A DNA stretch of 64,000 bases from Eledone cirrhosa (lineage: Eukaryota), in assembly GCA_964016885.1 (NCBI GenBank), contig OZ024744.1, positions 59,830,001 to 59,894,000 of the forward strand, read 5' to 3'. Under the pieces are notes generated by a model. The model saw only the letters and a program-made list of their open reading frames with translations. It made no database searches and was not told the DNA's origin. The translations under genes and the position numbers were made by a program. Below, in pieces: positions 1-13,418 of the stretch. The number at the start of each line of letters is the position of its first letter. Position 1 is the first letter of the stretch.

Positions 1-420
1 GGGCACTGGGGTATGTTAGTAACTGCCTCAATACAAATCTTGAGAAGCTAGGCTTCACAGGAACAGAAAGAACACAACTAGTTAAGAAATTACAAGTACA
101 ATCCATTAATGGAACAGTAAAAATATGTAAAACATTCCAAAGACTTTGCATCTAATAACTGCATATACACATGTACAGATACAAAGCATATACACATGCA
201 CACATACATCTCAAAATTTACACATCCCCATATACAATAACATCCATGCATATCTACACATGCATACATACATATCTACCTAGTTGATGTTGTGTAAATT
301 CCAAATGAGAGAGTCCTGTGTCTATGTTAGAAACTGACTCTCTCTCTATTGGTAAAACTTTGTCAAATTATAAAACCAGAAGAACATTTCCACTGCTTGG
401 TTCTGACTGTGTGTTCTCAT
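1..420 (+). mobile_element. 3' end of an RLE-endonuclease non-LTR retrotransposon (R2/R4/NeSL group)
   Basis: Frame from base 3 reads ALGYVSNCLNTNLEKLGF...VKKLQVQSINGTVKICKTFQRLCI* (stop 153-155), which resembles the GALG...GT.KI C-terminus of RLE elements; presumed 3' UTR follows. Confidence 0.65.
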
Positions 421-789
421 ACATACATATATACATATACACTTACATACATGTATGTGTGTGAATGTCTAAGCACTATAGAATCGTTTCCTTTTGTTTG
501 TACGTTTTATTAATGTTATTTTTTTTTAGATGTAAAATATACTTATGCGTGGATGTTTTTGGTAAACACATTTATAATCTTGCTGCAAAAATGAAGCAAA
601 CAGTCTTTTTAAGCCCACACAAGAGCAGGAATGGCTTAAAGGAAACTAAGTTTAACTTAGAATGTTTTTATTGGATATTGAACGTTACGGACGTTTCTCA
701 GATGATTGGCTCAGAGTGGAAATGATTGACTATACACATCTGATGAGTGGAAACTTAGTACATATATATATATATAAGTTCACATTTTC

Positions 790-1160
790 GATATGAAAGG
801 ATTAGAACCAAACCTTGGCATTAAGAGCTACGCCAATACTGCTTCATAGTGCCAAAGTTCCCACCGCTTTGCAGCTAGTGTAAGGACAACATTCTGCAAT
901 AGCTTGGAGTTCAAATGTCTACAGCTCTTCAATAACTCGCCAAAATCCATGGGAGATCTACACGGAGAGGATGTAACCGTTTTCAAGAGGAACCTCGACA
1001 TTCTGATGTCTAAGAATCCAATGAGCATACATCACTACCAGAAACTCAAATGGAAGCAGGAGTGTCAAACTCCCCCCATTCATCCGATGGCTAACTAAAG
1101 AGCGAGGGTTATATAAAATGTTGGCAAAACTGGCCACTGCACAGAAGTTAAAATAGGTTA
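790..1160 (+). mobile_element. Degenerate 3' fragment of a CR1-group LINE
   Basis: Translation CNSLEFKCLQLFNNSPKSMGDLHGEDVTVFKRNLDILMSK resembles the post-RT C-terminus of invertebrate CR1-group LINEs. Confidence 0.45.
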
Positions 1161-1174
1161 AAAGAGTAAAAGAG

Positions 1175-1244
<70 letters not shown>

Positions 1245-1391
1245 AATTAAAATACTAGAGTGTGTTGGAGTTAAACACCCTCTTCATATTATAGAAATGA
1301 CAGTATAGGATATAGCTCAATGTAATTAAACAGCCGAAGAATTATAAAAAATAAACCAAAGAAGCCTTCAATACATCAAAAGTCTTTATTA

Positions 1392-1429
1392 GCCAACAAT
1401 GTTTCGTCCTATTAAGGACTCATCATGGC
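1392..1429 (-). ncRNA. Minimal type I hammerhead-like motif (C3A variant)
   Basis: - strand: gcc ATGATGA gtcct-taat-aggac GAAAC att GTT ggc, then AATAAA; perfect stem II, core position 3 mutated. Confidence 0.55.
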
Positions 1430-1817
1430 AAGTAAAGCTACAAGAAGCACTATCGGCCAATACAAGCCAAAAATTCAGAAGAATATGGAGTATACATCTA
1501 TTAAAGCTTAGGAAAGATATCAAGGAAAAGTTGTCTAAGATTAAGAGTGAGCAGTTACAAACATAGATATGGACCAAATAGCAAGGAAGTGATTAACATG
1601 TTGAACCCACACTGCAAATATTGTATAATGCAAAAACTTGAAACACAAATGGTAATATAATGCGAGTATAATATAATATAATAGATGGTGATAATAAAAA
1701 GCTTAATATATGTATATATATACATATATCTCTATACATATACACATTAGTACAAATACAAACTAACACTTATTAAGTATTTAAATATATATATAGGTAT
1801 TGTTTACAGTATAATAT

Positions 1818-2016
1818 AATAAAGATAAAAATAAGAATAAAGATAAAAATAAAAATAAAAATAAAAATAAAAATAAAAATAAAAATAAAAATAAAAATAA
1901 AAATAAAAATAAAAATAAAAATAAAAATAAAAATAAAAATAAAAATAAAAATAAAAATAAAAATAAAAATAAAAATAGAAATAAAAATAAAAATAAAAAT
2001 AAAAATAAAAATAAAA
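1818..2016 (+). repeat. (TAAAAA)n hexamer tandem repeat
   Basis: About 33 directly visible copies. Confidence 0.95.
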
Positions 2017-2230
2017 TATAATATATAATTCCCTGTCAGTGTGCATAAACAATATAGAAACATTATAATAACATTATAATAACAATATTATAATATATTG
2101 GCATCAAAAGATATACAAAATTACATCATACATATAATTTAAGGTTAACAAATAGTATAACACAGGGTAAGAAAAAATCATATAGAACTAAATTGTGTTG
2201 AAAAAACTGTGTTGAAAAAATATTTTTTTA

Positions 2231-2290
<60 letters not shown>

Positions 2291-2317
2291 GGGGGGAGGG
2301 AGGGAGAGAATGTTTTA

Positions 2318-2515
2318 GTATCGAGAGAGAGAAAAAAAGGAAAGATAGGCGATACATATATTTAGTTGCCAATAGTTTATGCAAATGTGTTCAATACTCG
2401 TGCCTACAGGGTTAAATATTAGAGGCGTCAATATTTAGTGGGCGAGAAAAAATAAGCAGAGCGATTATAAAAGAAATGAATACAAAGAGTTTAAAACCGT
2501 TAAAACATGTTTATA
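2318..2515 (-). repeat. Dispersed repeat, family B (pseudo-LTR-like tail)
   Basis: Diverged copy of 51138-51335, where it adjoins an HHR. Confidence 0.6.
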
Positions 2516-2729
2516 TATATATAAATCTTGCCTGACGGTTTGAACTTTACAACACCACCTACCTCTTTGAGGTCAAATACCAACCCTACTAGCATCTACA
2601 AACTGACCAATGAGAATTAAGACTATTCCTGCTGACAACATTAAATTATTCCTAACAAGCTCATACGTCCCAAGGCTCTGATACCATCAACACTATAAAC
2701 ACAGAGCTGGCATATCTAAGAACTGACTA

Positions 2730-2787
2730 ACTGCCTGATGAGGTCATAGCCATTCAATGGCTATCATCGAAATATATATATAGCAGT
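2730..2787 (+). ncRNA. Minimal type I hammerhead ribozyme
   Basis: actgc CTGATGA ggtc-atagccatt-c-aatggctat-catc GAAA tatatata TA gcagt, then AATAAA; all three stems and both core segments present. Confidence 0.85.
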
Positions 2788-2828
2788 AAATAAAGGATTA
2801 TGAGTTCATGCAATTGACTTATGTTTCG

Positions 2829-2895
<67 letters not shown>

Positions 2896-2919
2896 GCATA
2901 CATATACATGTTATATAAC

Positions 2920-2975
2920 TGGCACCCGTCGGTTACGACAGCGTGTATTCCAGTTGATACGATCAACGGAGCTGT
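2920..2975 (-). mobile_element. 3' end of the tRNA-derived SINE family seen at 8626-8935
   Basis: tggcacccgtcggttacgac...ccagttgatacgatcaacgga is the reverse complement of that family's tail as recalled. Confidence 0.5.
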
Positions 2976-3334
2976 AAAACGCCAGCTTAGTTGAAAATAG
3001 AATTTTAGTGTTCGCCCTGATATAGCTGTATACATATGTATGTGAATTTCCTATATCTAATGATATACGGTATGTTTACGAATAAACATTTGGAAAGCCT
3101 TTTGGCTATGAACTACTACGCGTATTTTCTTGTCTCTCCTCCTCCTCCTCCTCTGGTTTTCTTTTCTCTTCTCTCGACTGTCCTTCTTGTCCTTGTATCA
3201 CCCAAACATATTTGCTTCTCTCTATATCCACTCCTGCCGAACAACTTATGATTGAAACGTTTCTAACTTTTCATAAGCATTATACTAGCATACCATTATT
3301 GTACTGTATTGTTCTCTGCTGGTGTATTTTTGTG

Positions 3335-3520
3335 TGTCGGACGCCATGCTTTCCAGCATAGAGTTATGTCCCTTTACGGTCTGATGTCGAATCTCACCGA
3401 GGTTAACTTTGCCTTTCATCCTTACGTGGTCAGATATAATAGAGTAGTAGTAGCAGTAGTGTACTTTATTTACTTCTATATATAATTGCTGGCCTTGTGC
3501 CAAAAGTAGAAATAATTATA
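3335..3520 (+). mobile_element. 5'-truncated tRNA-derived SINE (same family as 19562 and 53470)
   Basis: Shares gtcggacgccatgctttcc...gccgaggttaactttgcctttcatccttacg...ggccttgtgccaaaagtagaaa. Confidence 0.8.
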
Positions 3521-3525
3521 TATAT

Positions 3526-3679
3526 AGGCGCGGGTATGACTGTGTGCTTAAGGAATCCTCTTTGTTAGCACGGAGTGGTCAGTCAACTAACGCAAGCGTT
3601 TTTTACTATAGCCTCAAGTTGACCAATGCCATGTGCGTGGAAATTCGTGAATAAATAAAAGACAGCACTAGCCCGTTGG

Positions 3680-3776
<97 letters not shown>

Positions 3777-3990
3777 CGTGCGTGCGTGCGCGAGTGTTTG
3801 CTTAAGTCGTTATGTTTATGCGACAGTTTCTCTGTCGTTATGTTTATGCCTCATAACTTAGTGTTTCGATGAAAAAAGCTTGATAACATACGCCCCGGAC
3901 CTGGAAAAATAAGCACTGGGGCGATAAAATCAACTAAATCAAGGCGGCACCTTACCATGGCCGTAGTCTAATGAATTGGACCAATAAAAG
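3526..3990 (+). mobile_element. Degenerate SINE with an internal (TG)n tract
   Basis: aggcgcgggtatgactgtgtg head, actatagcctc...gaccaatgcc core, ggcggcacc..catggccgtagtc tail; a reverse-strand relative lies at 18640-19000. Confidence 0.5.
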
Positions 3991-3992
3991 TG

Positions 3993-4027
<35 letters not shown>

Positions 4028-4165
4028 TAGAAGGGATATTTAATTTGTTGGAAATCCAACAAATAAATATAAATTTTTATAACTGATTCAGAGCACTCGA
4101 CAGCTTTCTGGAGTTAATATTCAATGATATTAAATAAATGGAAACTATATTTATAAAACCATATT

Positions 4166-4226
4166 TATTCAATTATATATATTTCAAGGGTACCAAAATT
4201 TTGGTTCGCTATCATCAGATAAAATA
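4166..4226 (-). ncRNA. Type I hammerhead motif, family A
   Basis: tattttat CTGATGA tagcgaaccaaaa-ttttggtaccctt GAAA tatata TA attgaata. Confidence 0.7.
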
Positions 4227-4278
4227 CAAAATGTTTTATAAATATTTGACATGACCAAGGATAATATACCTTAATTAA

Positions 4279-4434
4279 GCACCTGCGTACCGAAACACGG
4301 CTTTATCAAGATTCTGTAAATTATGTATTGAAGAAATTTTTTATATAATTAATTGTAAAAACTCTATTAATCTCAGGACAAAAATATTTAGTTCTTGCAG
4401 ACATCGCCAAAATTCTACATTTAGTAACTTATAA
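4279..4434 (+). pseudogene. C-terminal remnant of a PLE GIY-YIG endonuclease
   Basis: APAYRNTALSRFCKLCIEEIFYIINCKNSINLRTKIFSSCRHRQ matches CxLCxxE...LNxRxE...C(R)H and the equivalent part of ORF 39933-40427. Confidence 0.75.
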
Positions 4435-5739
4435 TATACTTATAATATTCCTATTAATCTCCAAAATAATCCTATCTGCTCTAACATTTTATATTTTTAA
4501 TACTTTTAATATAGTAATATCTCTTATAATATATATGTACGTGTGCATGTGTATAGATATTTATATATAATTATGTACTTCTATATTATGTACTTCTATA
4601 TAATTTTAATTTTAATTGTTTTAAATTTTTTTAATTCTTTTTTCTTAATTCTTTATTTTTCTAATGACACCCTCTAAAGCTAATTTTTAAATGTAGATTA
4701 ATTTTTAAATGTAGATTAATAACCATTAACTGTTTTTAGTAAAATGTATCCTATTCAAGATGATGTTTAAATATTCATATTTCTTTAGACTAAATAATTA
4801 ATCCCACACTAGCGATTAGCAAAAAAATCGGAGTTATCTTTCCTTTTTTCAATCATAAAAACTTTTTATACATAACTCCGTTATTTTAATTTAAAACCTT
4901 ATCAATTTTAACTTATATTATTAACAACCACCTATAACTTGAACTACCTATTTATTTATTTATAAATCAACATCCCTCGTAACTCATATTATAAACAAAC
5001 TATCCTTTTAATAAAAATACATATACTATTATTAAAATATATATAGATATTTATATATTATTATAATAAGATAAATAATTCTCCATATAAATATAGACAA
5101 ATGTCTGAATATATTTCCCCTAAATAACGTTTAAGTGGTCATCCTTTTCCTTCTTCTCATCTTCCTTCTTCTTTAACGATTTTTTGGTTTGATAATTTAT
5201 ATAGCTTCGTTAATTTAACAATATTCTGAAAACATTCTCAATGTTGAACAAAGTCTTTGAATCCTCAAATTATTTTAATCTCACAACTTGAAAAAAAAAT
5301 TTCAACATCCTTCGTAACTCATATTTGATACATACGCAACAATCAATACATACGCAACTTACCAAAATATATTTATATATTTATATACATATAACCTATC
5401 CTAATGTAATAAGATAAAAATACTTACAACCAAAATTCTTCATATAATCTAATTGATTATATATACAATATTATAACTCATAATATCGTAAAAAAAAATT
5501 TTTTCCACAAAAATTAGCGTTATTCCTTTCTGTTGCTCTTCCTTCCTTATCATAATTATTTAAATTTTCCATAGAGCCTAAAATAACGTTTTTTCATCCC
5601 TTTAATATAAACCTCATTTGCATACTCTTATTAATAATTTTAAATATCTGTTTTCTCTCTTCCTTTCACTTTCCAGGGATAACTTGAACCGTTAAGGTAT
5701 ATTATCCTTGGTCATGTCAAATATTTATAAAACATTTTG

Positions 5740-5796
5740 TATTTTATCTGATGATAGCGTACCAACATTTTTGGTACCCTTGAATATAATAGAATA
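5740..5796 (+). ncRNA. Degenerate type I hammerhead motif, family A
   Basis: tattttat CTGATGA ...gtaccaa/ttggtac... GAA ta TA atagaata; stem III shortened. Confidence 0.55.
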
Positions 5797-6071
5797 ATAT
5801 GGTTTTATAAATATAGTTTCCATTTATTTAATATCATTGAATACTTACTCCAGAAAGCTGTCGAGTGCTCTGAATCAGTTGTAAACATTTATATTTGTTG
5901 GATTTCCAACAAATTAAATATCTCTTCTACATATATTATATATATCAAAATGAAAATCCGAAGGCAAGGTAAAATTCCAATCATTTAATCACGACACATG
6001 TTTCAATAAGAGATAGATCGATTGTGAAGCCATGATCGATTATCACTGATCTCATATATATTATCAGTCAA

Positions 6072-6118
<47 letters not shown>

Positions 6119-6123
6119 ATATA

Positions 6124-6206
<83 letters not shown>

Positions 6207-6218
6207 CACACACATATA

Positions 6219-6262
<44 letters not shown>

Positions 6263-6710
6263 TCTTTAAGGACCACTGCACATCGTACACCACATATTAC
6301 ACACTACACACCGCTCACCACATGCCGCATACAACGCATGCGCACTCTAGGAAGAAGGAACGCACTCCCAACAAGCACGACGACGCATACACTCGTCAAT
6401 AGACCGCAGATTATGTTATGTATGTTACACTAAAACTTCTATGTAGGGGACTAAGAAAACATAAATCCCTTTACTCTTAAAGGGACCATCTATTTTTCTT
6501 CTTTATTTTCAGCAGAGCAAACTATAAAATGTGTTGTTGTCTTTTTCTTTTTACGAGGAACGCTGCCTTTTTAGATTAAGGAAAGAAAAAAAAAAAAAAA
6601 AAAAAAAGTTGTAACAAAAATAAATGAATAAAAAATATCAAAAATAGGTTTAGTACATATTCTAAGTACGAACGAACCTCTGCTTGTACTGAAAACATCA
6701 TTATCAATCT

Positions 6711-6795
<85 letters not shown>

Positions 6796-6990
6796 GCACA
6801 CACACACATACATACACACATACACACACATCCATACACACACACATACATATACACTCACACACAAATAAAGACACAAAGAGTGATTCTGGTGCCATGA
6901 TAGAAAAAGAACAAAACCGCAAGAGATATAATCAGATGTTATTTACAAAACAGTGGTGCACCAACATGGCCACAGCCCATGGTCTGGAAC

Positions 6991-7137
6991 GGAATAAATA
7001 AGCTGTAAAGGAATAAATAAGCTGTAAAGGGATAAATAAGCTGCAAAGGGATTAATAAGCTGTAAAGGGATAAATAAGCTGTAAAGGGATAAATAAGCTG
7101 TAAAGGGATTAATAAGCTGTAAAGGGATAAATAAGCT
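6991..7137 (+). repeat. 19-bp minisatellite (aagggataaataagctgta), ~7.5 copies
   Basis: Directly visible; follows a SINE-like tail ggtgcaccaacatggccacagc. Confidence 0.9.
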
Positions 7138-7339
7138 TACCGATTACATCGAAACATATGACTATGGCGTGTATCCTTGCATTAATGCAAAAAAGAGGCG
7201 GCATTTCAACTTACATGAATTGCCCATGTATTACTTTTGGATATATAGCTCAATATCTCCATGGTTTCTCTTTTTTTTCCGCATTTCTTAATATCAACTA
7301 GTAAACTAATTATAATCCCTCTGGGGTATTTATTATTAT

Positions 7340-7470
7340 TGGAACCGTTTCAGAACGCGCGATCCGCCCGTCAAGGATGCTCTCTCTCCTCCCTTCTGAA
7401 CGTATTGACTCTCGAGCCTTTACTCGAACCGGGGGGACTGTGTCGGTATATGCGGACGACATCACCTTCT
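7340..7470 (+). pseudogene. Short Tx1 reverse transcriptase fragment
   Basis: RQGCSLSSLLNVLTLEPLL and tatgcggacgacatc (YADDI); close match to 39800-39925 and 23830-23850. Confidence 0.8.
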
Positions 7471-7474
7471 TCCA

Positions 7475-8358
7475 GAAGAAACTTGCAGAAGGGTTGTCAA
7501 AGAGGATCTTAAGAAGTACCCCTACAGAATACAGAATACAAACTAAATAAAAGCTTGCTGTAGCTGATAAGACCAAGAGAAAGGCTATGGCTGAGAAAAT
7601 GCTGGAAAAGATGGAAAACAACTCAAATTTTCTGAATCTGCTCTGGACCTCTGATGACGCCCACTTTCATTTAGAGAAGATCAACTCTAAGAACGGTGTG
7701 TTCTGGGGCGCCCAGAAACCCACTGAAGTGGCTGTGAAACCTGCTAACTGTACCGTCTAGCCCGCCATTCTTAGCCCATTCTTCTTCGAAGAAAATTTTG
7801 TTATTGTTACAGTCACAAAGGAACGATTTTTTATATGTTCTGGAAGACTTTAAAAAGGCGCTACGGACCATGTAGCCATTCTAATGAATAAGTTCTGGTT
7901 CCAACAAGACGGAGCAACACCTCACACATCAAAAGAGATGCAAGAATGGCTGACAATTAACTTTGGAAATGATGTGGTCAGTTTGAATTCTGATTTTGAG
8001 TAGGCCACACAGTCTTGATTTAAGTCCCCGAAATTTCTTTCTTTGGTAAAGTATATGTCACCAAACCCAGAACAATCACTAAATTAAGGGAAAGCGCCGG
8101 GGAGAAGATAAGAACCACCCCTTGGTTTGTTTGTGAAGACGTTATGTTAAACTTCACCATGCACCTCAAAAATGCATGGATTCAAATAGGGATTACTTGA
8201 AACATGTGCTGTTAAGTCTGGACAGAAATATCAGAAGGGAATTCTTGATATGTTATTTTTGATGGTTTGAACTGAATGTATTCGGTGTTTCAATTCTTGT
8301 CAAAAAATGAATAATGTAGCCAAAAATAAAATAGGACTATTTTTTTTTCAGCCTGTAT
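7475..8358 (+). mobile_element. Degenerate Tc1/mariner transposase, 3' part
   Basis: Frameshifted motifs LKKYPYRIQ, LWTSDDAHFHL, VFWG, WFQQDGATPHTSK; ends ...cagcctgTA. Confidence 0.8.
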
Positions 8359-8625
8359 GTTACACGTCACCAAGAAATGTAGTAATACAAAAGAACTTTC
8401 AAGAGGGTAATCACTAGTCTAACATCCTTTTTAATAAATTTTCATCATTTAAGACTTTACTCTCCCAGGGGTTAAATAGTGTAGGGCCCACTTTCAAATG
8501 TACCGTGGCACTGGGTTTTGTTCTTTTTTTTTCTTAGTTCCAGGTCCACCCCGATCGAAGAAATTTCAAGGGCGAAAATCCTACCGTTTTGTATAACAGT
8601 AAGTACATTATACAATGTGTATCAA

Positions 8626-8935
8626 TGCATGTGGCTTAGTGTTCAGCTCATAATCGTAAGGTCATAAGTTCCGTTACTGGCGGAGATTTGTAACATTGAG
8701 CAAGACAATTTATTTCATATTACTCTAATTCACTCAGTTGGAAAAAATAAGCTGTACCTGGAATTTCAAGAGCAAGCTTTATCACATACTATGTCACACG
8801 GGATGTTTTAGTGAACTACGTTAAGAGTAAATGTGTCTGTGGAATGCTCAACCTTTTGGACGTTTTAATTTCACGAGCAGGCTGTTCCGTTTACCAAACA
8901 CATGAAATACTTATCGGAACCACGGAAGTCTAGCA
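8626..8935 (+). mobile_element. Degenerate tRNA-derived SINE (octopus OK-like)
   Basis: gtggcttagtg A box, ttgagcaagaca core, gaactacgttaag...ttcacgagcaggctgttccg body. Confidence 0.7.
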
Positions 8936-9268
8936 TCATCCAATGTTTTAAGACACCAAATGTGATTTCAGGAAAAGTAGCTGCTATTTCTAGTAAGTCA
9001 ATCGACGACCACATAGAGATTACCTTGCGGAGACGTAAGCCTGCCAGAGGCCATCCGTTTCCAGGCTATTGGCAATGACAGGAAATCTCATATTAGAAGA
9101 GTAGCGGAAGTAAAATGGCCTTGCAGATTTAACACACTTGTATTACAGATGAATCCAGTTTTAACGACTGCGTGTTTAAGAAAAAAATGGAAAATGAACT
9201 CGAGGAAAATCTTAAAAACAAGAGATTGAAACCAAATGATAAGAACTTTTAAACATTGCTAGGATCAT

Positions 9269-9398
<130 letters not shown>

Positions 9399-9494
9399 TT
9401 ATATATATATATATTAATATATATATATATTTATATATATATATATATTAATATAAACATATATATATATATATCACATACTTTATTATTATAT

Positions 9495-9592
<98 letters not shown>

Positions 9593-9734
9593 CACACACA
9601 TATATATATATATAATTTTAGACACAATTTACTGTGTATATTTCTACATATATTATTATATAATGCTCTGTATTTATACTTTGAGCTTGTTAATTGCAGG
9701 GTATCAATATGAGTTAATAACTGTATTTTATTTG

Positions 9735-10201
9735 CTAGCAGAAAAACCACCCTTCGGGTGGTTTTCTGCTAGCTTGTTTAGTGTGTAGATTGATATTATA
9801 CGCAAGTATATACACACGTAGATATGATACATAAATAAAATCGTAATTGACAATATATAATACATAGAAATTGAGCGAATACTACGTTACACTGTCTTAT
9901 GTAATCAGTAACGTAATCCAGGATACATTAAAAAAGACGATATTATATATAAACTGCATTAGGAGAAAATTAGTGACAGAAAATTAGTGTTTATTAAGCG
10001 ATCGCCAACCGGAAGTGATGACATTTCAGAAATTTTAAAGACGGGAATCTTTAAATAAACAAAATATATTTAATCAACAACCACGAAATTTAGTAATATT
10101 CATTCATTATTTATTCAAAGTAATCCAACTTATTTTACTAAAGGGATAACAAATTATAAACCGTACACAGTCCCGCGCTTCTTACTTTATTATAGTTTAG
10201 A
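9735..10201 (-). mobile_element. Non-autonomous Helitron-like element
   Basis: - strand starts A|TCTAAACTATAATAAAG; shares a subterminal block with 62870-62935; ends in a GC hairpin plus ctgCTAG at ~9735. Confidence 0.55.
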
Positions 10202-10339
10202 TTTCTGCTCCCTAACTAGGTGAGCTTATAAGTTGGGAGTATTAAGGCTATTGTTTTTAGCATATCCACTCACACCACGTCTAACGTCCAGCGCACGAGG
10301 TGAGATATTCATTCGTGTAGCTTGTTCCATTTAATCTTG

Positions 10340-10426
10340 TCTCTCGCTGAGGAAAGCCTATGGATTATCTGTTACAAACACAATTTTCAGGGCGAAACAT
10401 ATTAAATCTCTAATCTGTCCGAGAGA
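10340..10426 (+). ncRNA. Type I hammerhead ribozyme with GUC site
   Basis: tctctcg CTGAGGA aagcc...gggc GAAAC a-tatta-aatctc-taat-ct GTC cgagaga; 7-bp perfect stem I and monomeric stem III. Confidence 0.85.
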
Positions 10427-10579
10427 TGAAATAGTTATTGAGATGGTCTGTATATATATTCTATATCTTCCGTTTGCTTCAGGTTAAATTTATCAAACCA
10501 ATGTGCTATTTTAACCCTCGTAATTTTAAACACACAATTTATTGTGTTTATTTTTACATTTATTAATATATATATAGAT

Positions 10580-11583
<1,004 letters not shown>

Positions 11584-11594
11584 TTATATATATA

Positions 11595-12160
11595 CAGGGG
11601 TTGGACAAAATAATGGAAACACCTAGCATCATAGCATCATAATTTTGAAATGTCTATAAAACCGTCAAAAGCTTGTTTATTTTTGTTTTTTTGATTTATT
11701 ATTAGTGTTGCTTAATATGTTTTGTTAAAATTGCTGTTTCTTTTCAGATATCATCAGTAAAAGGTAATTAAAATTCATTAAAATGGCAGATCTATCGGAC
11801 TTTGAAAGAGGCCAAATTGTTGGTGCTCGTATGGCAGGCGCTAGCGTAACGAAAACAGCCGGAATGTTTGGTGTATCACGAAGTACTGTCTCGAAAGTAA
11901 TGAGAGCCTTTGAGAAAGAGGGAAAAACCTCCTCGTCAAAGCAAAACTCCGGAAGAAAACCAAATCTTGCAGATAGGGACCGTCAGACTCTTACGCGAAT
12001 TGTTAGAAAGGATCACAAAAGTACAGCTCCCAAAATTACTGCAGAGCTTAATGACCACCTCGAGAACAATAAACATAAACAAGCTTTTGACGGTTTTATA
12101 GATATTTCAAAATTATGATGCTATGATGCTAGGTGTTTTCATTATTTTGTCCAGCCCCTG
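11595..12160 (+). mobile_element. Internally deleted Tc1-like element
   Basis: ~85-bp TIRs CAGGGGTTGGACAAAATAATG.../...CATTATTTTGTCCAGCCCCTG with TA on both sides; inserted in (TA)n. Confidence 0.92.
11783..12118 (+). CDS. Truncated Tc1 transposase N-terminal HTH DNA-binding region
   Basis: MADLSDFERGQIVGARMAGASVTKTA..GVSRSTVSKV...GRKP; DDE domain deleted, ORF runs into the right TIR. Confidence 0.8.
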   Translation: MADLSDFERGQIVGARMAGASVTKTAGMFGVSRSTVSKVMRAFEKEGKTSSSKQNSGRKPNLADRDRQTLTRIVRKDHKSTAPKITAELNDHLENNKHKQAFDGFIDISKL

Positions 12161-12193
12161 TATTATATATATGTCCAGCCCCTGTATTATATA

Positions 12194-12259
<66 letters not shown>

Positions 12260-12309
12260 TGGAGGGTCTGTGGTTTTTCTAAAACCACAGACCTTCCATC
12301 TCAACTCTA

Positions 12310-12342
12310 CTTTTGAAAAGCAGAACTGCGAAACCGGTAAAG
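12310..12342 (+). ncRNA. Minimal type I hammerhead, U3-A8 variant, family G
   Basis: ctt TTGAAAA gcag-aa-ctgc GAAA ccgg TA aag; palindromic stem III ACCGGT; second copy at 47023-47057. Confidence 0.7.
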
Positions 12343-12403
12343 GAACCAAATGAATATATATATATTTTTTTAAATAAGACTCCAGTTGCATTTTCGATTT
12401 CAT

Positions 12404-13418
<1,015 letters not shown>

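Larger units (their letters stand above)
4027..5930 (+). mobile_element. 5'-truncated Penelope-like element (Naiad-like C-terminus) with inverted pseudo-LTR, family A
   Basis: ~245-bp inverted arms 4027-4274 and 5692-5930, each with an HHR motif; interior starts with the endonuclease C-terminus; flanked by (TA)n. Confidence 0.8.

Noticed and set aside
735-800. CTGATGA at 740 followed by a possible stem
   Set aside because: No properly placed GAAA/NUH or stem I; at best a ruined HHR
4660-4700. ATGAC...AAA...AGAT as a SECIS in the family A 3' UTR
   Set aside because: Helix II is too short and poorly paired
6991-7137. Regular short repeats resembling a CRISPR array (also 47318-48346)
   Set aside because: No unique spacers, no cas genes, eukaryotic context
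7645-7675. CTGATGA at ~7650
   Set aside because: Part of the transposase codons for SDD; no ribozyme stems
11730-11762. Minus-strand CTGATGA...GAAAC inside the Tc1 element
   Set aside because: No stem II or stem I pairing
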